Positions 16,710-26,629 of a stretch of DNA of 55,991 bases are shown piece after piece (position 1 is the first letter of the stretch; each line of letters opens with the position of its first letter). The DNA comes from Eubacteriales bacterium. Its GTDB lineage: Bacteria; Bacillota; Clostridia; Oscillospirales; CAG-272. The notes beneath the pieces were generated by a model. That model did no database searches. It worked only from the letters and a program-made list of their open reading frames with translations, and was not told the DNA's origin. The translations under genes were made by a program, and so were the position numbers. The stretch lies in NCBI GenBank assembly GCA_045632105.1, contig JAZQVZ010000034.1:1-55991 (forward strand), given 5' to 3'.

Positions 16710-18956
16710 TTAAATGTTATTCGTATCTATTGAAAGCTGAAGCGCAGAAAGGTCGCTGTCGGGAATAGCCTGTCCCGATGCGGGGATCTTCAGCTTCTTG
16801 TATCCCTTCGTGTATGCCTCGGGGATATTGTCGGTAGCGTAGAGAAGCTTGTTATTCTTCTTCATAGTCATAAGAGTTACGCCGCCCGAGGTTCTTGTGG
16901 ATTTTACGGGGATCAGCGCGGTCTTGATTGTTATAGCGCGCTCTGCATCGCTGACAAGAAGGATATCGAAGGGATCCTTTTCTACCTCGTAGAATACGGC
17001 GCAGATGGGAGATGCGGAGGAGTAAGCGTTTATGAGCTTCTTTCGGTTGCCCTTGGTCTCGTAGCAGCTTGCGGGAACGCGTACGCCCTTACCGTTTTCA
17101 AAGATATAAACGAAATTCTCGCCCTCGGGGTAGCCCTTCTGGATTCTCATAAATACGGGACGCTCGCCGTCATCCATACCAAGCTTCGCAGGGAGGAATT
17201 CACCCATAGCGGACGCCTTGCAGCACTCGAAGTCCGAGTTCTTTGCACGGTATATCTGACACTTGTTGGTAACGAATATCAGGTCGGCAAGGTTGTCGGT
17301 CTCGGCGGTGTAGGTCAGCACGTCGTTTTCCTTGAGCTTCTGCTCGTCGTTTCCTCTGAGCGACTGAAGAGTTATCTTCTTGAAGTAGCCCTCCTTGGTG
17401 AGATAGATACGAACGTTGTAGTTTTCTATCTCTTCCTTTTCGTCGTATGCCTCTACCTCGTCCACGTGCATTATCTGGGAGCGGCGAGGCTGACCGTACT
17501 TCTTCTTTACGTCGGTGAGCTGAGAGGAGATAAGCGCCTTGATCTTAAGCTCGTCGGCAAGGATATCCTGGATCTTCTCGATGTCAGCCTTGAGCGTGTC
17601 AAGCTCGTCGATGCGGTTGAGGATATACTGCTTGTTAAGGTTACGGAGCTTGATCTCTGCAATAAACTCTGCCTGTATCTCGTCGATAAGGAAGCCGTTC
17701 ATAAGGTTGGGGATAACGTCCTCTTCCTTTTCTGTATGACGGATTATCTTTATAGCCTTGTCGATGTCAAAGAGTATCTTCGCAAGACCCATAAGCAGAT
17801 GGTGCTTGTCCTGCTTCTTCTTAAGATCGTAGTTAAGCTCTCTGCGAACACAGGTAACTCTGAACTTTATCCACTCCTTGATGATGTCGATAACACCAAG
17901 CTGATAGGGAGAGGAGTTGATAAGCACGTTGAAGTTACACTTGAAGCTGTCCTCAAGAGGAGTCATCTTGAAGAGCTTGGTCATAAGCTTGTCGGGGTCT
18001 ACGCCACGGCGCAGATCGAGTGTGAGCTTAAGACCCTGAAGGTCGGTCTCGTCACGGAAATCCACGATCTCCTTAAGCTTACCCTCCTTGACAAGCTCAC
18101 TTATCTTGTTAAGTATAGCCTCAATAGTGGTGGAGTAGGGGATCTGGGTTATGTCGATACAGTTCTGGGACTTGTCGTAGTTGTAGCGAGATCGGATCTT
18201 CACCGAGCCCGAGCCTGTTTCGTATATCTGTCGCATATCGTCGCGGCTGTAAAGAATGGTTCCGCCACCGGGGAAATCGGGAGCCTTGATGATATCAAGT
18301 ATCTTCTCGATAGAGGTGTTGGGGTTCTTAAGTATTGCTATTGTTCCGTCGCAGATCTCTCCAAGGTTAAAGGAGCAGATATTCGACGCCATACCTACCG
18401 CGATACCCGTGTTGGGGGTAACAAGGATATTAGGGAAGGTGGTGGGAAGGAGAACCGGCTCCTTCATAGTGTTGTCGTAGTTGTCGGTGAAATCTACCGA
18501 GTCCTTGTCAATACCGCGGAAAAGCTCGTTGCAGAAGCCCTCAAGCTTTGCTTCGGTATAACGGGATGCGGCGAATTTCATATTGGAGGAATACTGCTTA
18601 CCGAAGTTTCCCTTAGAGTCTACCAAAGGATGGAGCAGCGCCTCGTTGGCTCTGGTAAGACGAACCATGGTTTCGTATATCGCCATATCTCCGTGGGGGT
18701 TGAGCTTCATGGTCTGTCCCACGATATTTGCGCTTTTGGTTCGGCTTCCCGTCAGCAAGCCCATCTTATACATAGTATAGAGAAGCTTTCTGTGAGAGGG
18801 TTTAAGGCCGTCTATTTCGGGTATCGCACGGGAAACTATAACGCTCATTACGTAGGGCATATAGTTTTTCTCGATAGTTTCGGTTATAAGCTGCTCCTGT
18901 ACGGGAGCGTAAACTATCTCGTGCGCTTCTTTTGCCTTAGATGATTTTTTTGCCAT
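16710..18956 (-). CDS. Type IIA DNA topoisomerase subunit A (GyrA/ParC-like)
   Basis: 748 aa; AIPEIDGLKPSHRKLLY and catalytic-Tyr segment AASRYTEAKL; no B-subunit gene adjacent. Confidence 0.85.
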   Translation of the reverse strand: MAKKSSKAKEAHEIVYAPVQEQLITETIEKNYMPYVMSVIVSRAIPEIDGLKPSHRKLLYTMYKMGLLTGSRTKSANIVGQTMKLNPHGDMAIYETMVRLTRANEALLHPLVDSKGNFGKQYSSNMKFAASRYTEAKLEGFCNELFRGIDKDSVDFTDNYDNTMKEPVLLPTTFPNILVTPNTGIAVGMASNICSFNLGEICDGTIAILKNPNTSIEKILDIIKAPDFPGGGTILYSRDDMRQIYETGSGSVKIRSRYNYDKSQNCIDITQIPYSTTIEAILNKISELVKEGKLKEIVDFRDETDLQGLKLTLDLRRGVDPDKLMTKLFKMTPLEDSFKCNFNVLINSSPYQLGVIDIIKEWIKFRVTCVRRELNYDLKKKQDKHHLLMGLAKILFDIDKAIKIIRHTEKEEDVIPNLMNGFLIDEIQAEFIAEIKLRNLNKQYILNRIDELDTLKADIEKIQDILADELKIKALISSQLTDVKKKYGQPRRSQIMHVDEVEAYDEKEEIENYNVRIYLTKEGYFKKITLQSLRGNDEQKLKENDVLTYTAETDNLADLIFVTNKCQIYRAKNSDFECCKASAMGEFLPAKLGMDDGERPVFMRIQKGYPEGENFVYIFENGKGVRVPASCYETKGNRKKLINAYSSASPICAVFYEVEKDPFDILLVSDAERAITIKTALIPVKSTRTSGGVTLMTMKKNNKLLYATDNIPEAYTKGYKKLKIPASGQAIPDSDLSALQLSIDTNNI

Positions 18957-18993
18957 TTGATACCGTCCTTGTTTTTGATTAAAGCCGTATCGC

Positions 18994-20028
18994 TTAAATT
19001 TTCTTTACCGTGTGGGCGGCAGCCCTTATCATACGGTTATAGAGCGCCAGCCCAAGACCGTCGGTGGAGGGCAGATGCGCGTATATTATATCGCCGTCCA
19101 TAGAGTCAGCATGACGTAGAGCGCCGAACAGACGCTGAGCCTGTGCGCTAAGATCGTCGGAGCGACCTATCGGAACGGTGTTTTTGTTTTCTAATTGAGT
19201 CTGCTCCTCATCGTAGCAGAGTATGATGCAGTTCTCGCTCTTTTGAGCGTTTATCAGAAATTCAAGCACGTCACTATCTTTTCCGTCAAGAAGCACTAAA
19301 GGCGCCTTGGGGGCGTAATGTCTGTACTTCATTCCGGGTGAGAGCGGACGCTCGTTTTCTTTGAGCGCCTCGGTAACCGCGTGAGATATCTCCACCTCCT
19401 CGCAAACGCAACCAAGAGCGTCTGCCGTTATAGCTCCGGGACGAAGCAAAATTGCCTTGTTGCCGTCAAGCTTTACGATAGTAGATTCAAGTCCTATCTC
19501 ACATTCTCCTCCGTCGATGATCGCGTCTATCTTACCCTCCATATCCTTTATAACGTGGAGAGCGCAGGTAGGGGAGGGAGAGCCCGAAATGTTTGCCGAG
19601 GGAGCGGCAATGGGAACTCCTGCCTCTGCTATGAGAGCGCGAGCCACCGAGTGAGAGGGGCAGCGTACCGCTACCGAGTCAAGCCCTCCCGTAACTTCGC
19701 TGGGGATAGTGTCCTTTTTGGGTAGTATTACGGTGAGGGGTCCCGGCATAAACGCCTCGGCAAGCTTATAATAAAGTGGGGAGGTGTAGGCGTAGCCCTC
19801 TGCATCCTTGGGGTCGGATACGTGTATTATAAGAGGGTTGTCCGAGGGACGACCCTTTGCCGCGTATATTTTCCTTGCGGCATTTTCGTCGGTAGCATCG
19901 GCGCCAAGACCGTAGACGGTTTCGGTGGGGAAGGCTACCAGTCCCCCGTTCTTCAGGATATCGGCGCAGCGCGCGATGGCGCTATTGTCGATATCCTGCG
20001 GGGTCATTTTAAAAATTTCGGTTTTCAT
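18994..20028 (-). CDS. tsaC: L-threonylcarbamoyladenylate synthase (Sua5/YwlC type)
   Basis: 344 aa; FPTETVYGLGADA motif plus C-terminal Sua5 extension. Confidence 0.88.
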   Translation of the reverse strand: MKTEIFKMTPQDIDNSAIARCADILKNGGLVAFPTETVYGLGADATDENAARKIYAAKGRPSDNPLIIHVSDPKDAEGYAYTSPLYYKLAEAFMPGPLTVILPKKDTIPSEVTGGLDSVAVRCPSHSVARALIAEAGVPIAAPSANISGSPSPTCALHVIKDMEGKIDAIIDGGECEIGLESTIVKLDGNKAILLRPGAITADALGCVCEEVEISHAVTEALKENERPLSPGMKYRHYAPKAPLVLLDGKDSDVLEFLINAQKSENCIILCYDEEQTQLENKNTVPIGRSDDLSAQAQRLFGALRHADSMDGDIIYAHLPSTDGLGLALYNRMIRAAAHTVKKI

Positions 20029-20037
20029 TCAAGCCTC

Positions 20038-21111
20038 TTAAACTGTTTCGGCATTTTTAAGCTTTTCTGCGGTGTCGGCGGTGATGAGTGCGTCTATCAT
20101 TACGCCTATATTTCCGTTGAGAAAGCTTTCAAGTGAGAAGAGGGTCATTCCTATTCGGTGGTCGGTTATACGTCCCTGAGGATAATTATAGGTACGTATA
20201 CGCTCGCTTCGGTCTCCCGTTCCTACCTGACTTCGTCTGTCGGAGGCTATCTTCTCGTTTTGCTCGGTTATCTTCATATCGTAGAGCTTGGTCTTGAGCA
20301 TCTTCATCGCTTTATCGCGATTCTTGAACTGGCTTCGCTCCTCCTGACATTCTATCACAAGGCCTGTGGGCTTATGTGTCAGTCGGACAGCCGATTCGGT
20401 CTTGTTGACGTGCTGACCGCCCGCTCCACTGGATTTGCAAGATTCTATGATGATATCCGCAGGGTTTATCTCGATTTCCACGTCCTCGACCTCGGGGAGA
20501 ACGGCTACCGTTGCGGTAGAGGTCTGTATTCTGCCCTGAGATTCGGTTTCGGGAACTCTCTGCACGCGATGAACTCCGCTTTCAAACTTAAAGCGTGAGT
20601 AAGCGCCGTCGCCCTCGATCATAAAGGTTATCTCGCGGTATCCGCCAAGCTCGGTCTCGTTGGCGTTCATAAGCGACACGCGGAATCCGCTGGCCTCTGC
20701 GTACATAGTGTACATACGGTAGAGCACACCCGCGAACAGCGCCGCCTCTTCGCCTCCTGCTCCACTTCGTATCTCCACCATAACGTTCTTGTCGTCGTTG
20801 GGGTCACGGGGGAGGAGAAGTACCTTAAGCTCCTCTGTAAGCGTCTCAAGGCGCACCCTTATTTCCTTGTATTCGGCGTTGGCAAGCTCTCGCATCTCGC
20901 TGTCAAGCGATTCGTCGAGCATAGCGCGCAGGTCCTCGCTTTCGCTAAGCGTGGACTTATATTCTCTGTATTTTTCGATAATGGGGGTAAGCGCCTTATA
21001 GTCCTTCATAAGGGCGGTAAAGCGCTCCTGATTGGAAAATACGTCGGGGGAGGCAAGCTCCTCCTCCATTGAGGAGTATCTTGCCTCTGCGTCCTTGAGC
21101 TTTTCTAACAT
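20038..21111 (-). CDS. prfA: Peptide chain release factor 1
   Basis: 357 aa; GGQ motif SSGAGGQHVNKT and RF1-type QRVPETE tripeptide region. Confidence 0.95.
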   Translation of the reverse strand: MLEKLKDAEARYSSMEEELASPDVFSNQERFTALMKDYKALTPIIEKYREYKSTLSESEDLRAMLDESLDSEMRELANAEYKEIRVRLETLTEELKVLLLPRDPNDDKNVMVEIRSGAGGEEAALFAGVLYRMYTMYAEASGFRVSLMNANETELGGYREITFMIEGDGAYSRFKFESGVHRVQRVPETESQGRIQTSTATVAVLPEVEDVEIEINPADIIIESCKSSGAGGQHVNKTESAVRLTHKPTGLVIECQEERSQFKNRDKAMKMLKTKLYDMKITEQNEKIASDRRSQVGTGDRSERIRTYNYPQGRITDHRIGMTLFSLESFLNGNIGVMIDALITADTAEKLKNAETV

Positions 21112-21114
21112 ATA

Positions 21115-22485
21115 TCAGTCGAAGTTGTAGAATGCCTTGATAGCTCTGTGGGTCTCGTAAACGTCAACCTTTGCAACTACCTCGTAGGGAGCGTGCATTG
21201 CGATAACAGCAACGCCAAGGTCGATGGTTTCGATGTTGTGCTTGGAGATGTACTTAGCAACGGTTCCGCCGCCGCCGATGTCTACCTTACCAAGCTCTGC
21301 GGACTGCCATACAACGCCGTCCTTCTCCATAGCTGCGCGGAGCCATGCGATGTACTCGGGGTTTGCATCGTTGGTGCCGCCCTTTCCGCCGCTGCCTGTG
21401 TACTTGGTGAAGATGGTTCCGCAACCAACCATAGCCGAGTTCATCTTCTCGAATACCTCGGGGAAGTTGGGGTCGTAGCCTGCGGAAACGTCAGCGGAGA
21501 GACACTTGGAGTTTGCGCGGAGAAGCGCAGGGGATACGCCAAATGCGGCTGCGATCTCGTTCATAAGGTCGAGCATAAGGTCGCACTGCATACCGCTTGC
21601 GCCGTCACTGCCTGTCTCTTCCTTGTCAGCGAGAATGCACATAAGAGAGTGAGTGCAGCCTGCATCAAGAGACTCAAAGAGAGCGGTGATAGAGGGATAT
21701 GCACATACGCGGTCATCGTGACCGTATGCGCCGATGAGAGAACGGTCAAAGCCGATATCTCTTGCCTTTGCAGCGGGAACTACGCAAAGCTCAGAGGAGA
21801 TGAAGTCCTCCTCGGTAATGCCGTACTTCTCATTGATAAGAGCCATAACAGCGTTCTTTACGGACTCGTCGTCAGCATCGGGCTGGTTGCCGAGCAGAAC
21901 GTTGAGCTGCTCGCCCTTGATACCCTCGGAGAGGGGAAGCTTTGCCTGCTCACGTCCAAGGTGGGGGAGAAGGTCGGTGATGTAGAATACGGGATCCTCA
22001 TCGTTCTCACCAATGCATACCTCAACGGTAGAGCCGTCCTTGGTGATAACTACGCCGTGAAGCGAAAGGGGAGTAGCAACCCACTGATACTTGCGGATAC
22101 CACCGTAGTAGTGGGTCTTGAAGAATGCCATTCCGCCGTCCTCGTAGAGAGGGCACTGCTTAAGGTCGATTCTGGGAGCATCTACGTGAGATGCGGTGAT
22201 GCGAAGACCCTCGCGAACGTCGTCACCGATGGTGAATACGAAAAGGTTCTTGCCTCTGTTGTTGTAGTAAAGGCGGTCGCCCTTATTTATCTCGTCACCG
22301 AACTTGTACTCACGGAAGTTCTTTTCCTTGAGCATCTCGATGGTAACGCTTACAGCCTCGCGCTCGGTTTTTGCAGCGTCGAGGAACTTCTTGTAGCCTT
22401 CAGCGTATGCATAAGCGGCATCAACTACCTCTTTGCCGGCCTTCTTGTAAACTGTTTCCTTCTTGTAAAGAATGTCTTTGTTCAT
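21115..22485 (-). CDS. M18-family aminopeptidase
   Basis: 456 aa; ASHVDAPRIDLK, DKEETGS and HAPYE segments consistent with M18/M42-type metallo-aminopeptidases. Confidence 0.75.
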   Translation of the reverse strand: MNKDILYKKETVYKKAGKEVVDAAYAYAEGYKKFLDAAKTEREAVSVTIEMLKEKNFREYKFGDEINKGDRLYYNNRGKNLFVFTIGDDVREGLRITASHVDAPRIDLKQCPLYEDGGMAFFKTHYYGGIRKYQWVATPLSLHGVVITKDGSTVEVCIGENDEDPVFYITDLLPHLGREQAKLPLSEGIKGEQLNVLLGNQPDADDESVKNAVMALINEKYGITEEDFISSELCVVPAAKARDIGFDRSLIGAYGHDDRVCAYPSITALFESLDAGCTHSLMCILADKEETGSDGASGMQCDLMLDLMNEIAAAFGVSPALLRANSKCLSADVSAGYDPNFPEVFEKMNSAMVGCGTIFTKYTGSGGKGGTNDANPEYIAWLRAAMEKDGVVWQSAELGKVDIGGGGTVAKYISKHNIETIDLGVAVIAMHAPYEVVAKVDVYETHRAIKAFYNFD

Positions 22486-22510
22486 TTTTCTATCTCCTTT
22501 TTATTTGATT

Positions 22511-23077
22511 TTATTTGTTGTATGTGTACTCATAAAATTTTTTTGCAAGGCTTATCCTGCGAGTATAGGTTTTTGTTTCCTTAAAAGGAATATTCTTTAG
22601 AGTGCCGTCACCGTTTGAATATTCGGCGCTTTCAAGCCATCTTGCCACGTTGCCCTCGCCCGCGTTGTATGCGGCGGCTACCGTATCCCAATTGGGGAAT
22701 TTTTCGTAGAGATATCTGAGATAATATACTCCGTAGCGAATGCCGGTTTCGGGGTCGTATACCTTTTCTACGCTAAGCGCCTCGCCCAGATGCTCCTCAG
22801 AGGTCAGCCACAAAAACGTATCGGGCATCATCTGCATAAGCCCCATAGCTCCTGCGGAGGATAGCGCGTTTGGATCGAAATCGCTTTCGGTCTTGATAAC
22901 GGCGTATACCATAGATGCGGGAACGTTGTATTGCAGGGAGTATTTTTCTACGTATTCCTCGTATTTGAGAGGGTATATCTGCTTTCCTATAAAGGAAAGG
23001 CACATATTGGCGACAAGCGTGAGAAGTAATGCTCCTATGGTGATAAGCGCGATAAGGGTAATTGTTTTCTTTTTCAT
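22511..23077 (-). CDS. Membrane-anchored lytic transglycosylase (SLT domain)
   Basis: 188 aa; N-terminal TM; catalytic ESDF, GLMQM and AYNAG motifs. Confidence 0.85.
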   Translation of the reverse strand: MKKKTITLIALITIGALLLTLVANMCLSFIGKQIYPLKYEEYVEKYSLQYNVPASMVYAVIKTESDFDPNALSSAGAMGLMQMMPDTFLWLTSEEHLGEALSVEKVYDPETGIRYGVYYLRYLYEKFPNWDTVAAAYNAGEGNVARWLESAEYSNGDGTLKNIPFKETKTYTRRISLAKKFYEYTYNK

Positions 23078-23691
23078 AACAAAGCTCCTTTGGGTCGGTT
23101 CAGCTCAAGCTTTGATATGAGCGATATGATATCACTCTTGAATTTCTCGGGGTTGCCGTCGTTACGAAGAATAAAGTTGGAGTGATCGATATAAAATTCG
23201 TCGTCCCTCTGCGCCTTTATTCTAAGCTCTGCCTTCTCGCTCGACAGCTCATCACGCTCGATTATGCGCTTGAGCCTTGTGTCAGCCGAGGCGAGCACGC
23301 TTATGACGTATGTGCATTCCTTATGAAAGCCCGATTCGATAAGCGTAGGCGCGTCTAAGGCGACCGTGGTAAGACCTTGATCCTTGTAATCCGATATTAT
23401 TCGGTTGATAGTGTTAAGCACTCGGGGGAGCACCGTGTCGTTGAGAAGCTGAAGCTTTTCCTTTGAAGAAAAGACTATTGCTCCAAGCTTTGTGCGGTCA
23501 AGACTGCCGTCGGGGGTGAATATTTCGTCACCAAAGGCGATTCTCAGTGCATCAAGACATTCTGACGGTGGGAGTAACATCGAATGATATACTCCGTCTG
23601 CATCGATGCAGGGAATACCCGTCTCGCAAAGATAATGGCAGAGGAGAGATTTTCCTGCGCCCGTAGGACCCGTAACGCCTATGATATTCAT
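23074..23691 (-). CDS. coaE: Dephospho-CoA kinase
   Basis: P-loop GVTGPTGAGKS near the N-terminus. The ORF opens with GTG at 23697; the ATG at 23691 is preferred. Overlaps the next gene by 4 nt. Confidence 0.88.
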   Translation of the reverse strand: MNIIGVTGPTGAGKSLLCHYLCETGIPCIDADGVYHSMLLPPSECLDALRIAFGDEIFTPDGSLDRTKLGAIVFSSKEKLQLLNDTVLPRVLNTINRIISDYKDQGLTTVALDAPTLIESGFHKECTYVISVLASADTRLKRIIERDELSSEKAELRIKAQRDDEFYIDHSNFILRNDGNPEKFKSDIISLISKLELNRPKGALL

Positions 23692-23742
23692 TATCACTCT
23701 GCCTCCTCAAAATATCATTATGATTATAATACATCATCTTAT

Positions 23743-23771
23743 ATTATAACTCATATTCTCTTTTTTTTCAA
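23743..23771 (-). promoter_or_regulatory. Sigma-A type promoter of the coaE-to-prfA operon
   Basis: Minus strand TTGAAA-17 nt-TATAAT. Confidence 0.55.
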
Positions 23772-23816
23772 GAGATTACGCTGATATTTTATAAGATTTT
23801 TGTGCAACGGTTTGTG

Positions 23817-23845
23817 TTGACAAAATTATGTAGGTGTGATATCAT
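23817..23845 (+). promoter_or_regulatory. Sigma-A type promoter of the MFS-GDPD pair
   Basis: TTGACA-17 nt-TATCAT. Confidence 0.55.
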
Positions 23846-23903
23846 AAAAGCAGAATAGCTTATAGCATCCAATGACAAAATAATAAAAAACACGGAGGAA
23901 GTA

Positions 23904-25307
23904 ATGAAACTTAATTACAAGAGAACTATTCTCGTAGGCTTTGCCTTTTTCCTTATCAGCGCCTTTTGGCAGGCGTACGATGCTATTATCCCGCTGATAC
24001 TTACAAACCATTTCGGTCTGTCCCAGTTCTGGTCGGGAACGATAATGTCGCTTGACAACGTTCTTGCGGTATTTATGCTCCCCCTTTTCGGCTCGATCTC
24101 TGACAGAGTCAACGGTCGATTCGGTAAGCGTAAGCCCTTTATTTTCTTTGGTACTATTGCGGCGGTGGCTTGCTTTATACTGCTGACTGCGGTAGACAAT
24201 ATCCAGCTTGCACGTCTCTCGCTTACCTCTATTCCTGCGGATGCTGTTCTGGCAGGCACCGACGAGCAGGCGCTTGGCGTGGTTCTTGCTAAAGCGTTTG
24301 AGTTAACTATGCAGAATCCTATTCCGCTGATAATGTTCATTGGCGTTCTTTTGCTGGTGCTCATAGCTATGGCTACCTTCCGTTCTCCCGCTGTGGCTCT
24401 TATGCCCGACGTTACCGTAAAGCCCTTGCGCTCTAAGGGTAACGCAATAATCAATCTTATGGGCGCGGCAGGCGGAGTTATAGTTCTTGTTTTGGGTATG
24501 GTATTCTCCACCTCAAAGAATAAATATATGCCTTACACCCCTTACGTTATTTGCGTTTGCGCTATAATGCTTCTCGGATTTGTGGTATTTATGCTTACGG
24601 TAAGAGAGAAGAAGTGGGCAAAGGAAATGCAGGATGCTACCGAGGAGCTGGGTCTTGAGGAAGCCGAGGAGCCATCACAGTCCGAGGAGTGCCGTAAGCT
24701 CTCTCGCGGAGAATTCCGTTCGCTTTTGCTTATTCTTGCATCGGTTGCGCTTTGGTATATCGGATATAACTCTATAACAAGTAAGTATTCGGTTTATGCT
24801 ACGAATATACTTGGATTTGATTACAACCTTACGCTTATCATAGCGCAGGCGGCTGCAATAGTTTCTTATATCCCCGTTGGAATGATAGCCTCTAAAATAG
24901 GCAGAAAAAAGACTATCCTTGCAGGTGTTATAATGCTTGCATCTGCGTTCTTTATAGGTAATTTCATTACTCCCTCCACACCCGAGATGGTGATGTATCC
25001 CGTATTTATTCTTGCGGGAATAGGCTGGGCTACCATCAACGTTAACTCCTTCCCCATGGTAGTAGAGCTTGCAAAATCGGGCAACGTAGGAAAATACACG
25101 GGCTACTATTACACCGCGTCTATGTCTGCGCAGATAGTTGCTCCCATTTTGTCGGGATTCCTTTACGAGATAAGCATGCGCGCATTCTTCTTCTCCTTCG
25201 GTACGGTCTTCGTAGCGCTGTCCTTCCTGACAATGCTCTTCGTTAAGCACGGTGACTCCAAGCCGATGAAGCAGGGCGCTCTCGAGAGCCTTGGCGCTGA
25301 CGATTAA
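23904..25307 (+). CDS. MFS transporter
   Basis: 467 aa; about 12 TM segments with a charged central loop; GGAGG RBS. Confidence 0.8.
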   Translation: MKLNYKRTILVGFAFFLISAFWQAYDAIIPLILTNHFGLSQFWSGTIMSLDNVLAVFMLPLFGSISDRVNGRFGKRKPFIFFGTIAAVACFILLTAVDNIQLARLSLTSIPADAVLAGTDEQALGVVLAKAFELTMQNPIPLIMFIGVLLLVLIAMATFRSPAVALMPDVTVKPLRSKGNAIINLMGAAGGVIVLVLGMVFSTSKNKYMPYTPYVICVCAIMLLGFVVFMLTVREKKWAKEMQDATEELGLEEAEEPSQSEECRKLSRGEFRSLLLILASVALWYIGYNSITSKYSVYATNILGFDYNLTLIIAQAAAIVSYIPVGMIASKIGRKKTILAGVIMLASAFFIGNFITPSTPEMVMYPVFILAGIGWATINVNSFPMVVELAKSGNVGKYTGYYYTASMSAQIVAPILSGFLYEISMRAFFFSFGTVFVALSFLTMLFVKHGDSKPMKQGALESLGADD

Positions 25308-25316
25308 GGAGGAGCT

Positions 25317-26141
25317 ATGGAGCCTTACGTAATAGCTCTTTTGGTAGTGCTTGGTATAGCACTTGCCGTTTTTGCGGTCTATCTTATACTGATAGCGCCG
25401 GGTAAAAAGAACGGTATTAAGAAATACTCAAAAATAAAGTATGCGCACCGCGGACTTCACGGCGATGGCAGAGCAGAGAATTCTATGTCTGCCTTTAAGG
25501 CGGCTGTAGAGGCGGGATACGGCATTGAGCTTGACGTGCGACTTTCAAAGGACGGCGAGCTTATGGTCTTTCACGACGACACTCTTGACAGAGTGACGGG
25601 AGTGAGCGGCCGTGTGGATGAATATACCGCCGAGCAGCTTTCAAAAATCAAGCTTTCGGGCACCGAGGACGGCATTCCTACCTTCAAGGAGGTCCTTGAG
25701 GCGGTAGACGGCAGAGTCGTGCTTCTCGTTGAAATAAAGGAGGATGCCGGTGTTTCTGCGGTTTCGGAGAAGACCGCGCAGATGCTGGCGGAGTATGACG
25801 GAGAATATATAGTGGAGTCCTTTAACCCACTATCCCTGTCGGTTATAGCAAAGCGCTTGCCTAAGGTGGCAAGAGGAATTCTTTCTCACAGATATTACGA
25901 ATATGAGCAGTATCAAAGACCATTGTATTTTTTGCTTCAGTGTCTGCTTCTTAACCGTATGTGCAGACCTGCGTTTATAGCTTACGATCACCGTCACGCC
26001 AAAGCGCTCTCTCTTCGTCTTGCACGTTTGATGGGCGCTGTGACAGTCGCTTGGACGGTAAAGTCGGCGGAGGATGAGGCACGGGCTTATAAAAACGGAT
26101 TTGACACTATAATATTCGAGGGCTATCTCCCCGAAAAGTAA
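25317..26141 (+). CDS. Membrane-anchored glycerophosphodiester phosphodiesterase family protein
   Basis: 274 aa; N-terminal TM; GDPD motifs AHRG, ENS, ELDV, FHDD. Confidence 0.85.
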   Translation: MEPYVIALLVVLGIALAVFAVYLILIAPGKKNGIKKYSKIKYAHRGLHGDGRAENSMSAFKAAVEAGYGIELDVRLSKDGELMVFHDDTLDRVTGVSGRVDEYTAEQLSKIKLSGTEDGIPTFKEVLEAVDGRVVLLVEIKEDAGVSAVSEKTAQMLAEYDGEYIVESFNPLSLSVIAKRLPKVARGILSHRYYEYEQYQRPLYFLLQCLLLNRMCRPAFIAYDHRHAKALSLRLARLMGAVTVAWTVKSAEDEARAYKNGFDTIIFEGYLPEK

Positions 26142-26145
26142 AAAT

Positions 26146-26177
26146 AAAAAGCTTCCTCTTCGGAGGAAGTTTTTTTA
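26146..26177 (+). terminator. Terminator after the GDPD gene
   Basis: CTTCCTC-ttcg-GAGGAAG hairpin plus TTTTTTT. Confidence 0.85.
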
Positions 26178-26183
26178 TATTGA

Positions 26184-26212
26184 TTGACGGCGACAGGCTT
26201 TTGTGGTATAAT
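26184..26212 (+). promoter_or_regulatory. Sigma-A type promoter of rbfA-nrnA
   Basis: TTGACG-17 nt-TATAAT with upstream TG (extended -10). Confidence 0.6.
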
Positions 26213-26254
26213 AGCAAAAGTAGAATATAATTCTTTTGTTTGAAAGGAAATAAT

Positions 26255-26629
26255 ATGGCGAATTACAGACGCGGAAGAATAAACGACGAAATGAAAAAGG
26301 AGCTTTCTGCTGTGCTTCGTGAGGTCAAGGATCCCAGAGTCAGCGATGCTTTCATAAGCATTACTTCGGTTGAGGTTACGGGTGACCTGAAGTTTGCAAA
26401 GGTATATTACTCGGCTATGATGGGAGATAAAAAGGAGGTCGCAAAGGGTCTTAAGTCCTCGGCGGGCTTCATAAGACGTGAGATCGCAAGACGTCTTAAT
26501 CTTCGTATGACCCCCGAATTTACCTTCTGTGAGGATCATTCTATCGAGCACGGCGCTCGTATCTCCAAGCTTCTTAACGGTATTGAGATCACCCCCGAGG
26601 AGGACGAGAGCGATGACGGTCAGCTTTAA
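26255..26629 (+). CDS. rbfA: Ribosome-binding factor A
   Basis: About 124 aa from the ATG at 26255 (the ORF opens with TTG at 26240); typical RbfA N-terminus RRGRINDEMKKELS. Confidence 0.88.
   Translation: MANYRRGRINDEMKKELSAVLREVKDPRVSDAFISITSVEVTGDLKFAKVYYSAMMGDKKEVAKGLKSSAGFIRREIARRLNLRMTPEFTFCEDHSIEHGARISKLLNGIEITPEEDESDDGQL

Noticed and set aside
17466-18944. 492-aa plus-strand ORF inside the topoisomerase gene
   Set aside because: Codon-aligned shadow ORF. The sense strand carries the GyrA/ParC catalytic motifs.
21148-22584. 478-aa plus-strand ORF over the M18 aminopeptidase gene
   Set aside because: Codon-aligned shadow ORF that also runs through the intergenic gap. It has no RBS and no motifs.
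26529-26612. N-terminal 28-aa extension of the nrnA ORF (ORF-track start 26529)
   Set aside because: The extension lies inside rbfA in another frame. The ATG at 26613 gives a normal DHH-protein N-terminus and a typical short overlap with the rbfA stop.
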